64,000 nucleotides of DNA from Takakia lepidozioides. Its lineage: Eukaryota; Plantae; Bryophyta. Below the pieces are notes generated by a model. The model was given only the letters and a program-made list of their open reading frames with translations, had not been told where the DNA came from and ran no database searches. Both the position numbers and the translations under genes were made by a program. Each line of letters starts with the position of its first letter. The first letter of the stretch is position 1. The stretch is from NCBI GenBank assembly GCA_030704615.1, contig CM060734.1, positions 43,028,001 through 43,092,000 on the forward strand, read 5' to 3'. Below are positions 48,950-62,000 of the stretch, piece after piece.

Positions 48950-49552
48950 TTTGGCGACCATACTGGGGACTAACGGTATGTTGAGTTCAAGTGAGCTCAA
49001 GGAAGGATGGCTACTCAGTGATTTCTTGAAATCACAAAAAAACGAGTCAACGGAAGCAGGGGAATGGAAAGCATTCCTAAAAAAATTTCATGGTTTACCA
49101 GTAGTAATACAACAGAAAATCTTTCTTTCAATTGCGAAAGAAGATGACAAATGGGGATTAAAAAGAGTGATTAGTATTACACGAGCACCTTGGGAATGTA
49201 GAATCAGAAGTGAAGAATGGTTGTCTTGTCTAGCTTTATTGATTATCCTAATCCCAATCCGAAAAGTTTGCTACACTAGTTATATTTTCAGGGAAGGATA
49301 TTCAAATTATGAATATTAAAATTATTGACAAAACCACTTTGGATCAGAAGATAGCAGAGGCTATCAAGAATTTTTAAGATGAAGGGCCACGAAAGGCAAC
49401 ATGGTGTCACAAATGCGGGACTGCAAGACACTTGGCAACTGAATGTCACATGAAAGACAAATACTGTGATATTTGTCATATGAACAATCATAATACCAGC
49501 CATTGTATTTACAATCAATGGGCCAAGAAAAGTGGGTACACACGAGAGATGG

Positions 49553-52500
49553 CAACGATGCTACCGCGTGAGCGTGTGAGCGTACGCTCACACAACGATG
49601 ACGTGGAGTGAGCCTACGCTCACGCAGCTGACGTGGCGCTGATGCTGACGTGGCATGAGCCTGGTCCAGTTCATGCCACATCACGGTGGGCCTATAACCG
49701 TGGGGCCCCCAACTACTGATTTCACCACATGAAGGTGAAACGGATGAAGGGTTTCGGGCTTTCCTGGAATTCAACCTTCTGTTAACATGAGCTTCATTTC
49801 CTAGAACTGAAATGAACGTTGTGTTAACACGAGGTTGTTTTCCTGGAACTAAAATCAACATCGTGTCAACACGAGGTTGATTCGGAGAACTTCATATCAA
49901 CATCGTGTCAACCTCCTGTTGACACGATGTTGTTTTCTTAGAACTAAAATCAACCTTGTGTCGGCACAATGGGGATTTGGAAAACTCGAAGTAAACCTCG
50001 TGTTAACACGAGGTTGATTTGATCATCTGTCTATCTGAAGGTAGTTTCTTGTGCTTGCTAATGAAAACAGACTGACAAACCAATGCGACAAATACATTGA
50101 CCCACGCATAGCAAAGATGTTAGACGACATACATTGAGAGACACTGGACTTGAACAGTCATTCCATTACAAGTTGTAGTCAAGAAAAACACAGATTTCGG
50201 AGTGTCAAGTGCATGCTTTCTATGGGCTTGTATCCCGCTGTAGAAGTATGTTGATTTCGTTGAAACTCGTAGTGGCTTGGTGAATGAAGAAGTCCCACTT
50301 TGGATCACAAACCATCCTTATCAAGAAGACGAAGTAAAGGTGTTTGCACGGTATGAACTTCCTTCTCTTTCCCAAACTACTTGAAAAGCATACCAACAAA
50401 ATCAGGACAGGTACAATTGGGAAAATTGGAAACAGTGATGTCGTACGTCTTGTCCTGCAGCGCAGATGCGGATGAGATCATGGTGAAGACCCGACCATAC
50501 CCTGGATCAGGCACTTCCATTGTTCCCGCAACACGAGCGTGAAGCATTCTCGCGGACTTGATTTTGCCGTAGTGTTCTGCGGTTGGAGGGAATCGTCGAA
50601 CCAGCTTCCCATTCCGTCTGGTTGGCCACAAGTGAGCGTCAGGCGGAGATACCCGTGAACCGCTTGTACTTGAAGCACCTTCACGTGTAATGAAATGTCT
50701 AGCTAGGGAGAAACCCGCCTCTTCCAGCATTGCGATCTCTTGGTGAGTAAGACTTGTGCCCATCTTCACAGGCCACACGGTTGGTGGAGTAGGCTTCTTC
50801 ACCACGGAGGGCCTCACTGTCCCACGCACACATCTCCCGCAATCGTCAGCGCAAAACCAGAACTTGTGGTTCTTTGCCTCTCCTTGGCCGTAAGGGAGAA
50901 ACAACAGTGAACGTAGGAGCTGTAGTGCGTTCTTTCCCTCTGGATATTATTGATGTACATTTTTCATGATTGGTGGCGCTGATCGCCGCGTATTTCACAC
51001 GTGATCCAGCACTTGTGCGTTCTATATGTCAAACCTCGTCCAAGCACATGGACTCTATTACATGCGGCATCACGTTCTGGTCTTCAACCATTGCAGTGAT
51101 AGTGCTTGATGCAGGGGTCCGGTCTGGGGCAGAATGGCCCTCACCTGTGGATGTTCCACAATTCCATCTCTGATCCAAGGGAACACGTGGCGTCGAGAAG
51201 TTGACCATGTCCGCCCTATGGGAATCTGCATCCGATCCGGGAGGGGTATCCAATTTCCGTTTGCAAGACCCGAATCTCTCTTCGCCTTCCAGATGGGGAA
51301 CTCTTCCCACGAGAGGGGTGCCATCTGCACATATGCTCACTGCCCGCGCTATTTTGCTGAGATCCCCCGATCTTCTGGCTGCCCGCAACATCAACTCGCT
51401 CCTGTCCGGGCCTTTGCCTCCAAGGCCACCCCTCAAGAATGACCTGTATCTGGTTTTCTGTTGCAGAGCACAGATAAGGTCATCGGCCGAAGCCGCATAC
51501 AAATCTCTTCCCTTTTTGCCGGACTGCTGCAACCACGCATTGTGCACTGTCTCTGCTAGATTGCAAGACGGCATGTCCGCCATCTCCTCAATGGACATAT
51601 GTTGCAAGGCAAAAAAATACAAAGACGATATTAGGATGGGACCATGAAAAATATATCCGAAACACCCAAAGGAAGGTGAATGCAAACCGCTCACCATTGT
51701 CATGGCCGCTCCCCACTGTCGGTAACGGAAGTGCAAAAATGCGAACCAGTCTTCCAATGCCCTCATGCTGTCCTCCGATGCCACTCCAGATGAGTACCAC
51801 CAGGCACGAATTGTCTGGAACAATGTATTTGCTTCCCCCATTGTTTTGGCGTCTTTGTACGGTTTGCACAGTTGACGATGCATACTCTGCATATCTGGCT
51901 TGATGTCTGCCTTTGTGTGTTTGTCCAAGGATTGTGTCCAATGAAAAAGACATGTACGTTCTCTTCCAGGCATTGGCACTTTTGGATCTCCCGTCCCGAA
52001 TACAATGCGGACAGCGTTGAAGTTAGCTTGAGCACTGTTGGCCATGAAACCAACAAAATTGGGAGATGAGAGACCATAGGAGGCCATAACACGAATGAGA
52101 GCTTTCCACATGAGCTGCTGTGAATCTGTGTCCTCTGATTGCATGTCACACACTGCAATTGTCATGACACGCTGGTACACAAGGTCGTAAACATGACATG
52201 CCATTTGTGGTCCAGTCTTTAACCCTCTTAACATGATCGAACATAAGGAAGTAGTTGCCTAGATCGCCACCCTTTTGCACACGTTTAACTAGGCTGACTC
52301 CGCTGCCCTCACCTTTTGTGGACATTTTGAACATGAACACTTTCCTGGCTCCTTGCCCCGGGAAAACATTGTCTTGGATGTAGTTGTACATGCTCATTTT
52401 CTTCAAATCCATAATATTGTCCATATAACCTCGGCTCCCAGAGCCCATTCTTAAAGCGTTCACCTGATTCCTAATGTTTGGAGAAGTCAAAGTCGACAAA

Positions 52501-54923
52501 TGGTCCATAACAGTGTCCAAAGCTGGTCCCTCCAGTTGTCCTCCAACCGAATCTGATGCACACATAATACAGCTTTCCATAAAGGACTTGCTCGCCCCCA
52601 TGGCAACTGCAGATGTGGTTCCAGTTGGATTGGTATCCAACTCTTGCCTTATCAGACGTGAGAATGTCTCAACGCTCTCCCTGTAATCTCCCTTGGACAC
52701 AGGGTGGTTGTGAAAACCGAAATGGACATAGGCTCTAGTCAGGGTTTTGAATCGATGCACCACATAGTACATTCTGGCGCCACACATTATAAGGCAGTAA
52801 GGTGGTACCCTACAGAACGTGCACACAAAAGTGTTACTGTATGGTGGTGTCACACCAGGCTTGAATGGATTCTCACTGACACCATCCTATTCGCTTTGGT
52901 TTTGCACACCCGTCAATGCGAAGTGCGGCACCAAGGGTGCCCATCGTGCTTTTTGTCCATTCCTTCTATGAGACTGGAAATGCCCCCCACGCGACCAGGA
53001 GGAGGCAGCTCGAAAACAGTATTACCATCAAAAGATTCTGGCAAGAACGCCACCCTCTGAACATTGAAAGTGCTCCAGTCAATCCCCCTCAACTCACTCT
53101 TGAATCCTGCCATCCCACCCATGGCTTTCAGTTTAGGAATGACACTGGTGATCTCCTCCACATCTGTTTCCTGATGTGGACATGGCTGATCCACGGGCGG
53201 TATTTCACAGGCGTCATCGGAGGATGAGTCCAAAAGCTCAACTACAGTGTTAACGGTACTTGACTCCTTCTTGACAACCATGGGTGTTTTCTCCTAGGCC
53301 ACTGATGCTACCGTGCCAGAAGTAACGAACGATCCTGCAGACTGTCTCCAAGGAGCACTGAGTACCCTGTATCTACCTGGAGTCATTCTCCATTGTGTGG
53401 TTGGTGCAGTATGCAAAGGTTTCTGGAACGCATACTTGAGCAGTTTTCCATTGGCATCATACACTTCCCTTCCCAGTTCCATTTTCCAACCAAAATTGCG
53501 TTGCGAGCACGTGTTCATGCACCACCGCAAAACCGTCATCTTCCACCTCGCAAGAAAAGGGGACAGGTGGTCCTCATTGAAGAAGTCCGCGTCAAGGGAG
53601 CCCATGGCCTGGGAGGCCATCTGTCAATGTTGCTTCAAAACTCACAGTTCACAGTCCGACGTTGCTTTTGATTGCAAGTTGTACTAGAGCGGAGTTTTTT
53701 GGCTGTATAGAAGACGTCCTTACACACAATTGCAGGTGTCGCTCCGGCTTGCAGGTCTCCTAACGCGGTTCGGCACATCATAGAAATGTGTCCCCATGCG
53801 AACCAAGTGGATGGAGGCAGAGTGCCCAAATGCGGAATGGATAATGTCAGCCCTAATCAAAGAATCCATCTGTTTTCTCACAGGACCGGCCCCACCAGTG
53901 CATTGGACAACCAATTCAGCAAGATTGACTGACAGAGCCGCCATTTGCCTGTCATGTCGGAGATTCCGGATGAGATGCCCATTTCCATTCAATTTTAACG
54001 GCACCTGCACCGTTGTACAACTGTACATACTTCACATTCCTCTGAAACATCCCAAAAGCTATTATTCAACAATGAACTTTTTCGGATGAGAGGTGGACCC
54101 GAACGAATTTCGGTGGATGAGAAAAAAATGATTTCTGGAGATATTCATAACAGTTAGATGGACACGTGTTCGCCATGTATGTGGAATGAGCATGTGGCGC
54201 ACAAGTCGTTCCGAGCGATCATCTTGGCGTGGAAGGCCTTGCGGTGAACCCACCGTAGCCCCTTTTTTTCCTTCTTCTCCTTATTGTCCTTGCAACCCTA
54301 GATTCTGTAGAGACAGTGACCACATCCCGAAGGAGAAGAAAACGTCGAAGAACACTTTACTTCACATCAAACAAGCAAAGGGTACACGCTAAGAAAAGGA
54401 TGAGGAAGGCGAGACGGGAACTTAGAATGGGAGAAGAAACCTCCGGCGGAGATGAGGATGAACGCCACAACCCGATTCTGCAACTATTGTTTAGAGAGGA
54501 AGGTCTTGAAGTGATCCCGGAGGCGACCAAAGAGCAACCTCCAATAGAAGGGGGGGAGGACGAGGAAGTCAGCTGGGCTCGAGAGGAATCACTGCGAGTG
54601 GAGAACCAGGTCTTGAGAGAGCAGGGAGGAGAGATGGACACAGAAACCATGCCGTCTACTGTTGTTTCGCACCACCGGGACCTCCTTGGAAGCATGCTAC
54701 CTCTAGACCTCATGGAAAAGTTGAATGCCTCAGGAGCATCATCAAGTGTAAAGAAGAAACCGGAGGTGACTATCAACCCTCTTTTTCCCTTTTTTGTTTT
54801 TGTTTGTTCCGTGCTAATCAATTTTTGTATGTTCTGGGCATGAAACGAGTGCAGATGCTGCACTCAAATCAACCTTGCGTTGACACGAGGTTGATTCGTG
54901 TGCCTTTTTTGTTCATTCCCACC
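49553..54923 (-). mobile_element. Element C: left half of an A-subfamily Mutator-like element, truncated at ~54923
   Basis: Begins CAACGATGCTACCGCGTGAGC like A at 14677. Colinear with A 14677-16517 and 29922-31942, then switches abruptly to A-rich Gypsy internal sequence. Confidence 0.9.
50220..53620 (-). pseudogene. Element C MULE/SWIM transposase, multiple frameshifts
   Basis: ORF pieces 53294-53620, 52913-53281, 52146-52853, 51029-52234 and 50377-50904 align in order with the B transposase (KHDGHPWCRT, FLMFDHVKR, RTCLFHW, CNLAETVHNAW, CTCPDF). Confidence 0.9.
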
Positions 54924-56250
54924 AAACCATATGAACATAGAAGCAGTAGAGTATTGGATACCCAAAGACTTGTTACAAGTCAGATACACATAGAAAGACA
55001 AATGGTATTATTGTGCCCATTAAAAGATTGGTGATCAATCAGCAAAGGAAAATTAAGTCGTGATACGGATTTTGGCAAGATAGTGTAAATCTTGGAGAAA
55101 TGGTAGAGACCACTATAATTTTCTTTACTAACATACCAAGGCTTATTAAAGGGTGCTGAAAAGAAATTATGTATATGAATGAGGAAAATAAGGAAAAAAC
55201 TAAGCAAGACAGAGCTGAAAGAATAGAGAAATATGTTGCAGAAAGTGAGAAAAGAGTTCCCGGAATTACAAAACTTGAATATTATTCAAGGAGAGGCATA
55301 AAGACAAACTGATAGTGATAAACCAGAGGATCAGGAAATCGGATCTCTGGAAAGTGAGAACACTACACTAGAAGGCAAGTAATGCATTTGGCGAATGGTT
55401 ACGACAAGAAAGATCTGAAGGACCTTCTACAGTAACAAGTCCAAATCGAGGTTTTGCTGAAATATTGGAAGAAAAATTTGAGAATATTCTGAATGAAGAA
55501 GGTGAAAGAAGTGAAACTACTTCTCCAGAAATGATAACGAGAACTGCACTCAAAGTTTTTAAAGATTCATTAAGCTTAGTAGGGATAGCAGTTGGAAGAC
55601 GACTACCTTTGGGACAAGGACCTCCTAGTTTTGAATCATTGTTTGGAAGACAAACACCAACAACACCACTAGTCTTGACAATCTCAACACCAACACAGCC
55701 AGCAACAGCGGGACCATTTCAGTTTGGACAGCTGGTTGCACCAGCAGCACTAGTTGTACTAGCAGCACCAATGGCTTTAGCAGCAAACAAAACCAGACCG
55801 CCGTTTCCTTTATATGATGGGAAATCTGACCCAGATATCCATCTCAATCAATTTGAAAACATGTGCACCATTTAAAATGAAGCAACAGACCAGGAAAAGA
55901 TCCGATTATTTTCTTGTTCAATGGCCAGAAAAAGCATTGAATGGTTGGCAACCTTTCCAGCCAACCACTTTGCAAATTGGGCGGATATGAGGGCCGCATT
56001 CCAAGAACGATATAGATCCAACAAATCCACATCTGAAATCTTCACAGGATTACAGAACCTGAGACAGAAAAAGAAAGAATTGGTAGTTGACTCCTTGGAG
56101 AGAATGAAGACTCTGATCATAAAGCTACCTCAAGCACCAGATGACACTTGCCAAAATCATGGTTCATCAACGGACTTCGTCCTGAAATGTAACCATGGTT
56201 ACAGTCATGCCCAACAACACTTTGGCTGAAGCAGTAGGAAATGCATTCAT
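54924..56250 (+). pseudogene. Ty3/Gypsy internal region with a gag fragment (55465-56250)
   Basis: FPLYDGKSDPDIHLNQFE..*..KIRLFSCSMARKSIEWL..NWADMRAAFQERY, a retrotransposon gag pattern. Confidence 0.8.
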
Positions 56251-59096
56251 GAGCTTAAGAGAATCTGGGAGGGCATGGTCTCCTTGAAACACTCCCAGAG
56301 CGTCTAGAGGGTCTACCTCTGCTTCTTGGGCTTTTGGTTGAACAGCAAACAGAAATGCATCGGGAAGTTGATCCTCTACTCATGTTGCTGGTTCTCCTGT
56401 AGTAATTCTTGATAGATGATCTGCTGGAACATGTAATCTTCCTGGTTTATGAACAACTTCAAAATCATACTCATGAAGGAGTAATAACCATCGAGCAACC
56501 CTGCCACTAGTTAGTGGTTGATTTCTTAAATGAACTAGAGCCTGATGATCAACAATAAACTCAAAGCGATTGCCAAGTAAATAATGCCAAAACTTTTGAA
56601 CAGCATAAATCATTGCCAAAGCTCCCCTTTCCGTGGTGCTATAGTTCTTCTCAGCTGCTGTCAGCAGTCTGCTTGCATAATAAATTGGTGAATATATTGT
56701 GCCTGTCACATTCTGGGTCAGAACTGCGCCTGATGCATCACTGTGTACATGAAATGGTAAATCCCATCTTGGATTTATTAGAATTGGGGCTACTGTGAGT
56801 GCCTTTTTTAGTGAATCAAATGATTCCTGGCAAGCTGGAGACCATCGGTATTCAACATCTTTCTTCAGCAGTCTATAGATTGATGCCGCTCTGTGAGCAT
56901 ATTTGGTCATGTACCTTCTGTAATAGCTTGTCTGTCCTAGAAATCTCTTGAGTTTATTGGGATTTTCTGGTGGTGGTGTTTTCTGGATAACATCCTCCTT
57001 ATTTGGATCCACCAGAATTCCCTGTTGGCACACAATGTGTCCCAATAGTAATCCTGAATTCACACAAAATGTACATTTTACCGGATTGAGACTTACTCCA
57101 TTGTCTCTGCAAGCTTGTAGGCAAAGTTTTAATTGTGCCAAGTGTTTGGATTTCTGTCCAAAGACACTGAAATCATCCAAAAATACCTGCATAAAATCAT
57201 TGAGATAACTCTTGAATATCTCAGACACTGCTCGTTGAAAAGTGGCTGGTGCGTTGCAAAGTCCAAATGGCATGACTTTGTAAGCATAAGCTCCCCATTC
57301 AGTAATGAATGCGGTCTTTTCTCGGTCTTCTTCTGCCATCTGCACCTGGTTGTACCCACTGAACCCATCCATGAATGAGTACAACTCATGTCCTGGCACC
57401 TGTCACTGTGTCCAACACTATCTCTGTGAAAGGTAGTGGAAATGGGTCTTTTTTGGTTCCTGCATTTAATTTGCGGTAGTCCACACATACTCATAATTTT
57501 CCATTCTTCTTGGGTACTATCACAATGGGTGATAACCATTGTGGTGTCTCTACTAGGTATATAAATCCTGCATCCAGTAATTTCTTGATTTCTTCCCAAA
57601 CTTTAGTTGCATAGTTGGGGTTCATTCTGTAATAGTTCTGACGAATTGGTTTCGTATTAACTTCCAATTCAATTCGGTGCTAACAAATGTTGGAAGGTAT
57701 GCCCTTCAAATCTTTGTAGTTCCAAGCAAATACATAATTATTTAGTGAATAATGCAGTGGCTTCTTGTAGAAATGATTCTTCGAGACCTACGCTTACTCG
57801 TATTCTCTGTGGTTCTTCTACTGTTCCCAAATTCACTTGAATCAATTGAGTTTCTTCCGTTATTGTCCATCCTGCAATCTCCTGTCCGATGGTTGCAATC
57901 GTGGCAGGTACTTCACTGATTTTAATGTCCTCTTCTCTTTCTTGATAAAAACGGGCAGGGTGTTGAGGTGTGTCCATAGCTTCTTCCTCAGGATCTTTCA
58001 TTCTCGGAGTACTTGGTTCTCCTTGGGTGTTCACCATGTGACACCCTACTGATGTGTTATGTTTGACCACTAATTGACCAATAGGTTCCAACTGTGGATG
58101 TGCTGCATATACCGTGGCTTCTTCTTCATCCGACAGTCCACTGGACCAGTCATACTCTTCCACTATGCAAGGTCGTTTCTCTCGTGGAATGGTACCTCGT
58201 TGCTTCGTAGTGATAGTGACTTGTTCTGATCCTTTTTTTATCGTAAGAGTTTGACTTCCCCAATCGTGGTGTGATTGGGCTTGTGTTAACCATGGTCGGC
58301 CAAGCAGTAGCGAATATCCTTCTGCCACATCCTCTATTCTGAGAATGGTTACTGATACTTCATATACCAGTCTTGCTACTTCCATTGCAAGTCGTCTGAT
58401 GATACCCAACGGCTGTACTTTTCGTTGATCGGCCATTCGTACCGTGAATGGAGCAGGTTCCATGTGCCCCAATCCTAGTGACTTCTTCATCCTCTCTGTC
58501 ATGATATTCACTCCGGATCCTCCATCGATGAGTACATCCGTTACCATCTTCCATCTCCAATACGTACTTGTAAGACTGGTATTACTTCGTCGTAGTCTGG
58601 AGTTTGTTGTATAGTTGTGGGTTTAATCGTGTAAACCTCTAGAGTTGGTTTTTGTTTTGGTGTGGGGGTCAATGCCTCAATTGCCCGAAATAAAGTTTTC
58701 TTGCAGTGTGGAGCAATTTTTAATAATTGTCCAATGGTAATTTGGGTCTTGGTCTGGCAGATTACTTCAATCAATTCTGTTTCCGTGGTTGCGTTCATGG
58801 TCTTCGTCATTGGTCTGATTTGATTATCTGGAGTTGGCTCTCCAGAAGGTATATGGGTTCCTTCTTGCATTTGAGCTATGGCTTTGCTTACCTCCTGGTG
58901 TAAGCTCTTTTCTTCCTGCCATGCTGCACTTTCTGGATATTGTTTTCATTCTTCTTCAACCTCCTTATCTGGAGGTTTCTGTTTCTTGTCCTGAGTTTGG
59001 GTTACCGCAAGGGTATCCACTACAGGAGTTACCACTCACGGCTACACTTGGTCCGACTTCCACATTTTCCAATTCTGCCTCATGCTTGATTCGCAA
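56250..59096 (-). pseudogene. Ty3/Gypsy pol (aspartic protease, RT, RNase H), inverted relative to gag
   Basis: VLIDGGSGVNIM (protease); FMDGFSGYNQ, MPFGLCNAPATFQR, VFLDDF (RT); HSDASG, NYSTTERGALA, VDHQAL, ADHLSR (RNase H). Confidence 0.92.
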
Positions 59097-62000
59097 CAGG
59101 CCCTAATTCCGTGCTCCCCCCCCCCCCCCCCCCCCCCTATTACCGCGGATCGGTTATCGCCTATGTCCTTATTTTTTGATCCCTCTTCATCGCCCCCACA
59201 TGAATATTCTTTCCGACCGAGAACAATGGTAGGTTTGTGGATGGTTTAGGATCGAGGACATGATTTTTGAATGAGGAGATCGCCCGCTAGAGAATTGAAT
59301 ATTAACAGCAAACCCTTTTTTTGGCAAAGTAGTTCATTCATTCCAACCCACAAACATTTTTCAATGTCGGAATCTGAAGACCTACCCCAGGCTATCCCTA
59401 AGTGTACTTACGGGAACGCGTGAAGAACTTGAAAAACAGTTTGGGGATGGAAGCAAAACCAAAACACATTTTATTAAGTCTCGGTACTTGAACCTCAAGA
59501 ACTATTGGAGGTTTCAGAGGAACTACTTCCAGAGTTTGCAGCAATATCATCTATGAACACAACAGCCCATCCGCGACGTTTCTTTTTTCCGTGACCCCCA
59601 TGGAGAGGCGAATACATTGTTTGTTGGGACAACACCCGTGCGCAAGCTTCCGCGTAAACCGGCAAGCGGTAAGCTCTAGGGGGACTCGGAGACATGTAAT
59701 ATCCTTGGAAACCGAAAGGTGTCTGCGTATTCGATGACTGGTGCCGAACTCTGGAAAGCAAGAAGAGGAATGGTGGTAGATGCTATCATCTAGAAATAGA
59801 CAATGTAAGCAACCATCTATCAAACGGGAATGACACAAGGAAATGCAACATATTTTGCACGACTAGAGCCGAACTTACTCACACTCAAAATCGGAGTCCA
59901 CGTCGAGATCCTCGTCAGGCGCTTCGGGCTCCTCAAGAAGTCCCTCCGTGGATGGGGCAGAAGTAGTGCCCGACTCAAGCTAATGAAGCTCGCTTGAGAA
60001 GAGCTCCGTATCAGCCTCCATGCCGAAGAAGTGCCTTCCGGCGCTTTTGCACGCATGAAAAGATGCTCCTGCAAATCGAAGATGAACGAGAAATCAAAAC
60101 AGGGCTTCCCTAAGTTCACTGCTTCAAACACAGTGTTGAGGGCCCCACCTGTTCCCATAGACAAGTCAACCACTCGTCCACCGTGACGGCTGCATGTCTC
60201 CACCAAAGTCTGCATGAAAGCTGGGGATTTCTCCCGTGCACCTCTCCAAGGGACACCAGTCGACCTTTTCGTAGTTCGACCCGAGTCCACGTAATTGAAG
60301 ATTACATCATCCTCCACAGGCTCGCAGGTGGGGTCAATGTGAGCTGCAAGGTCCCTCAACTGGAACTCAACAATACCAGGAGGAAGAGTGTCCTTACGCA
60401 CCCTCACCAGGCACAAAGCTTCGAACACCCGAGTCTGTCAATAATCACAAAGAGAGCATGAGGCAAAAGACAAAACCTACTTTTGACATTTACTGAAGAA
60501 CCACGAAACTTTAATTCAAAGGAACCAACTCACTTTCTGCCCCGGGAACTCGCCCTTCGTAAGAGGCAGAGTGTTGATGAATGTCCAAGTTTTGATGACA
60601 CGAAACCCGGAAGCTTTCATGTAGCTGAAAAGAGTTCTCCGTGCCGACATGTCCTTTGACTGCATGAGAAGAAGAGCCCCCGAGTCAGAAAGGAATTTGT
60701 TGCTGAATGAGAAAGCCCACTGCCAGTAACGAGAATGCGATTTGTTCCAAGTGGGGGTTGAATTGGAAAGCAACACATCAGGGATAGGGAAACCGTCAGG
60801 AATGTCCAGCACCACAAGGTCAGTCGCGTATGCCTGCTGAACTCCATTCACCCAATCCGGCCTTTTTGTGACCTACAGCCAAAAACAGGAGACAGTGTCA
60901 CAAGCCCAATCCAAATCCAACAGGAAATCAATCCTCTCGACAAGCCATAACAAGTTGCCAAAACAAAATTATTCACACTACAATTAAGACATATGTGCTT
61001 ACCTGAGTGAGGAACGAAACAAGCATGTCCCATGATTTCGAGGGCACCCCTTTGAATGTGGACTTCCTGGATTCCATCATTGCTAGAAAACTTTCATTCA
61101 CCACCTTATGATGGAACTGGCCCAAAACCCTGGATGGATGTTCTCTCACATCGAAAGGCTGCTCCCTCGAATTTGTTGTTCTCCTATCCCTCCTAGTAGG
61201 AGAAGGCTGTCTTTCAGCGACCTCTGATGGGCCCTGTTCCTGCGGAGCTGCACTCTTCCCCTTCCCCTTCGGATCCCCGACAATCTTCCCCTTCCGTTTT
61301 GGAGTAGCAGATTTCTCGGGTTCTTTTGCAGCCAGAGCAACAATGATTCTGTTCTGAATGTCTTTGTCAGCCAATGGGGCAAGTGCCGCGGCATTGTCGT
61401 TAAGGTTTCTCAAAACAACTTCATCGAATGGTGTGTCCTGTTTTGGCAGATCAAGGTACCACCCACAGTCTCTAAAGTGCGCCCTGCTCCAGTCTCTGAC
61501 AATACCAGCCGTGTACATTGTTTTGTCATTGGAGGGGTCAGCCCATGAGTAGATGAAGTCTGGGTCATCGCTAAGGTACTTTCCCGGTATGAGGACATGA
61601 TACATATACTTGAATGACACACACACCCAAAATCCAGATAGTCAATCGATCTAATCAGGACACAGATCACACATCACGAAAAGGGTATTGGCATACAGGT
61701 CAGTAACACTGATAAACTAATGTTTGAAAGCCCGAATCAACCTTGCGTTGACGCAATGTTGATTCGAGCTGAAATGGAAAACACCAAATTTGGAGAACTG
61801 CACTTTCAACAAGCACCTACGAGAGGGAAAGCCCATTATCCTAAAACATCTCATGCACAACATGGAACCCCAATCAACCTTGCGTTGACACAAAGAAGAT
61901 TGGCGGATAATGTAGCATTGAAAGAGACAGTGATTAACAACGGAATTCAACATTGCGTCAACGCAAGGTTGTTTTCATTAACAGAGGAAATGGAACACAG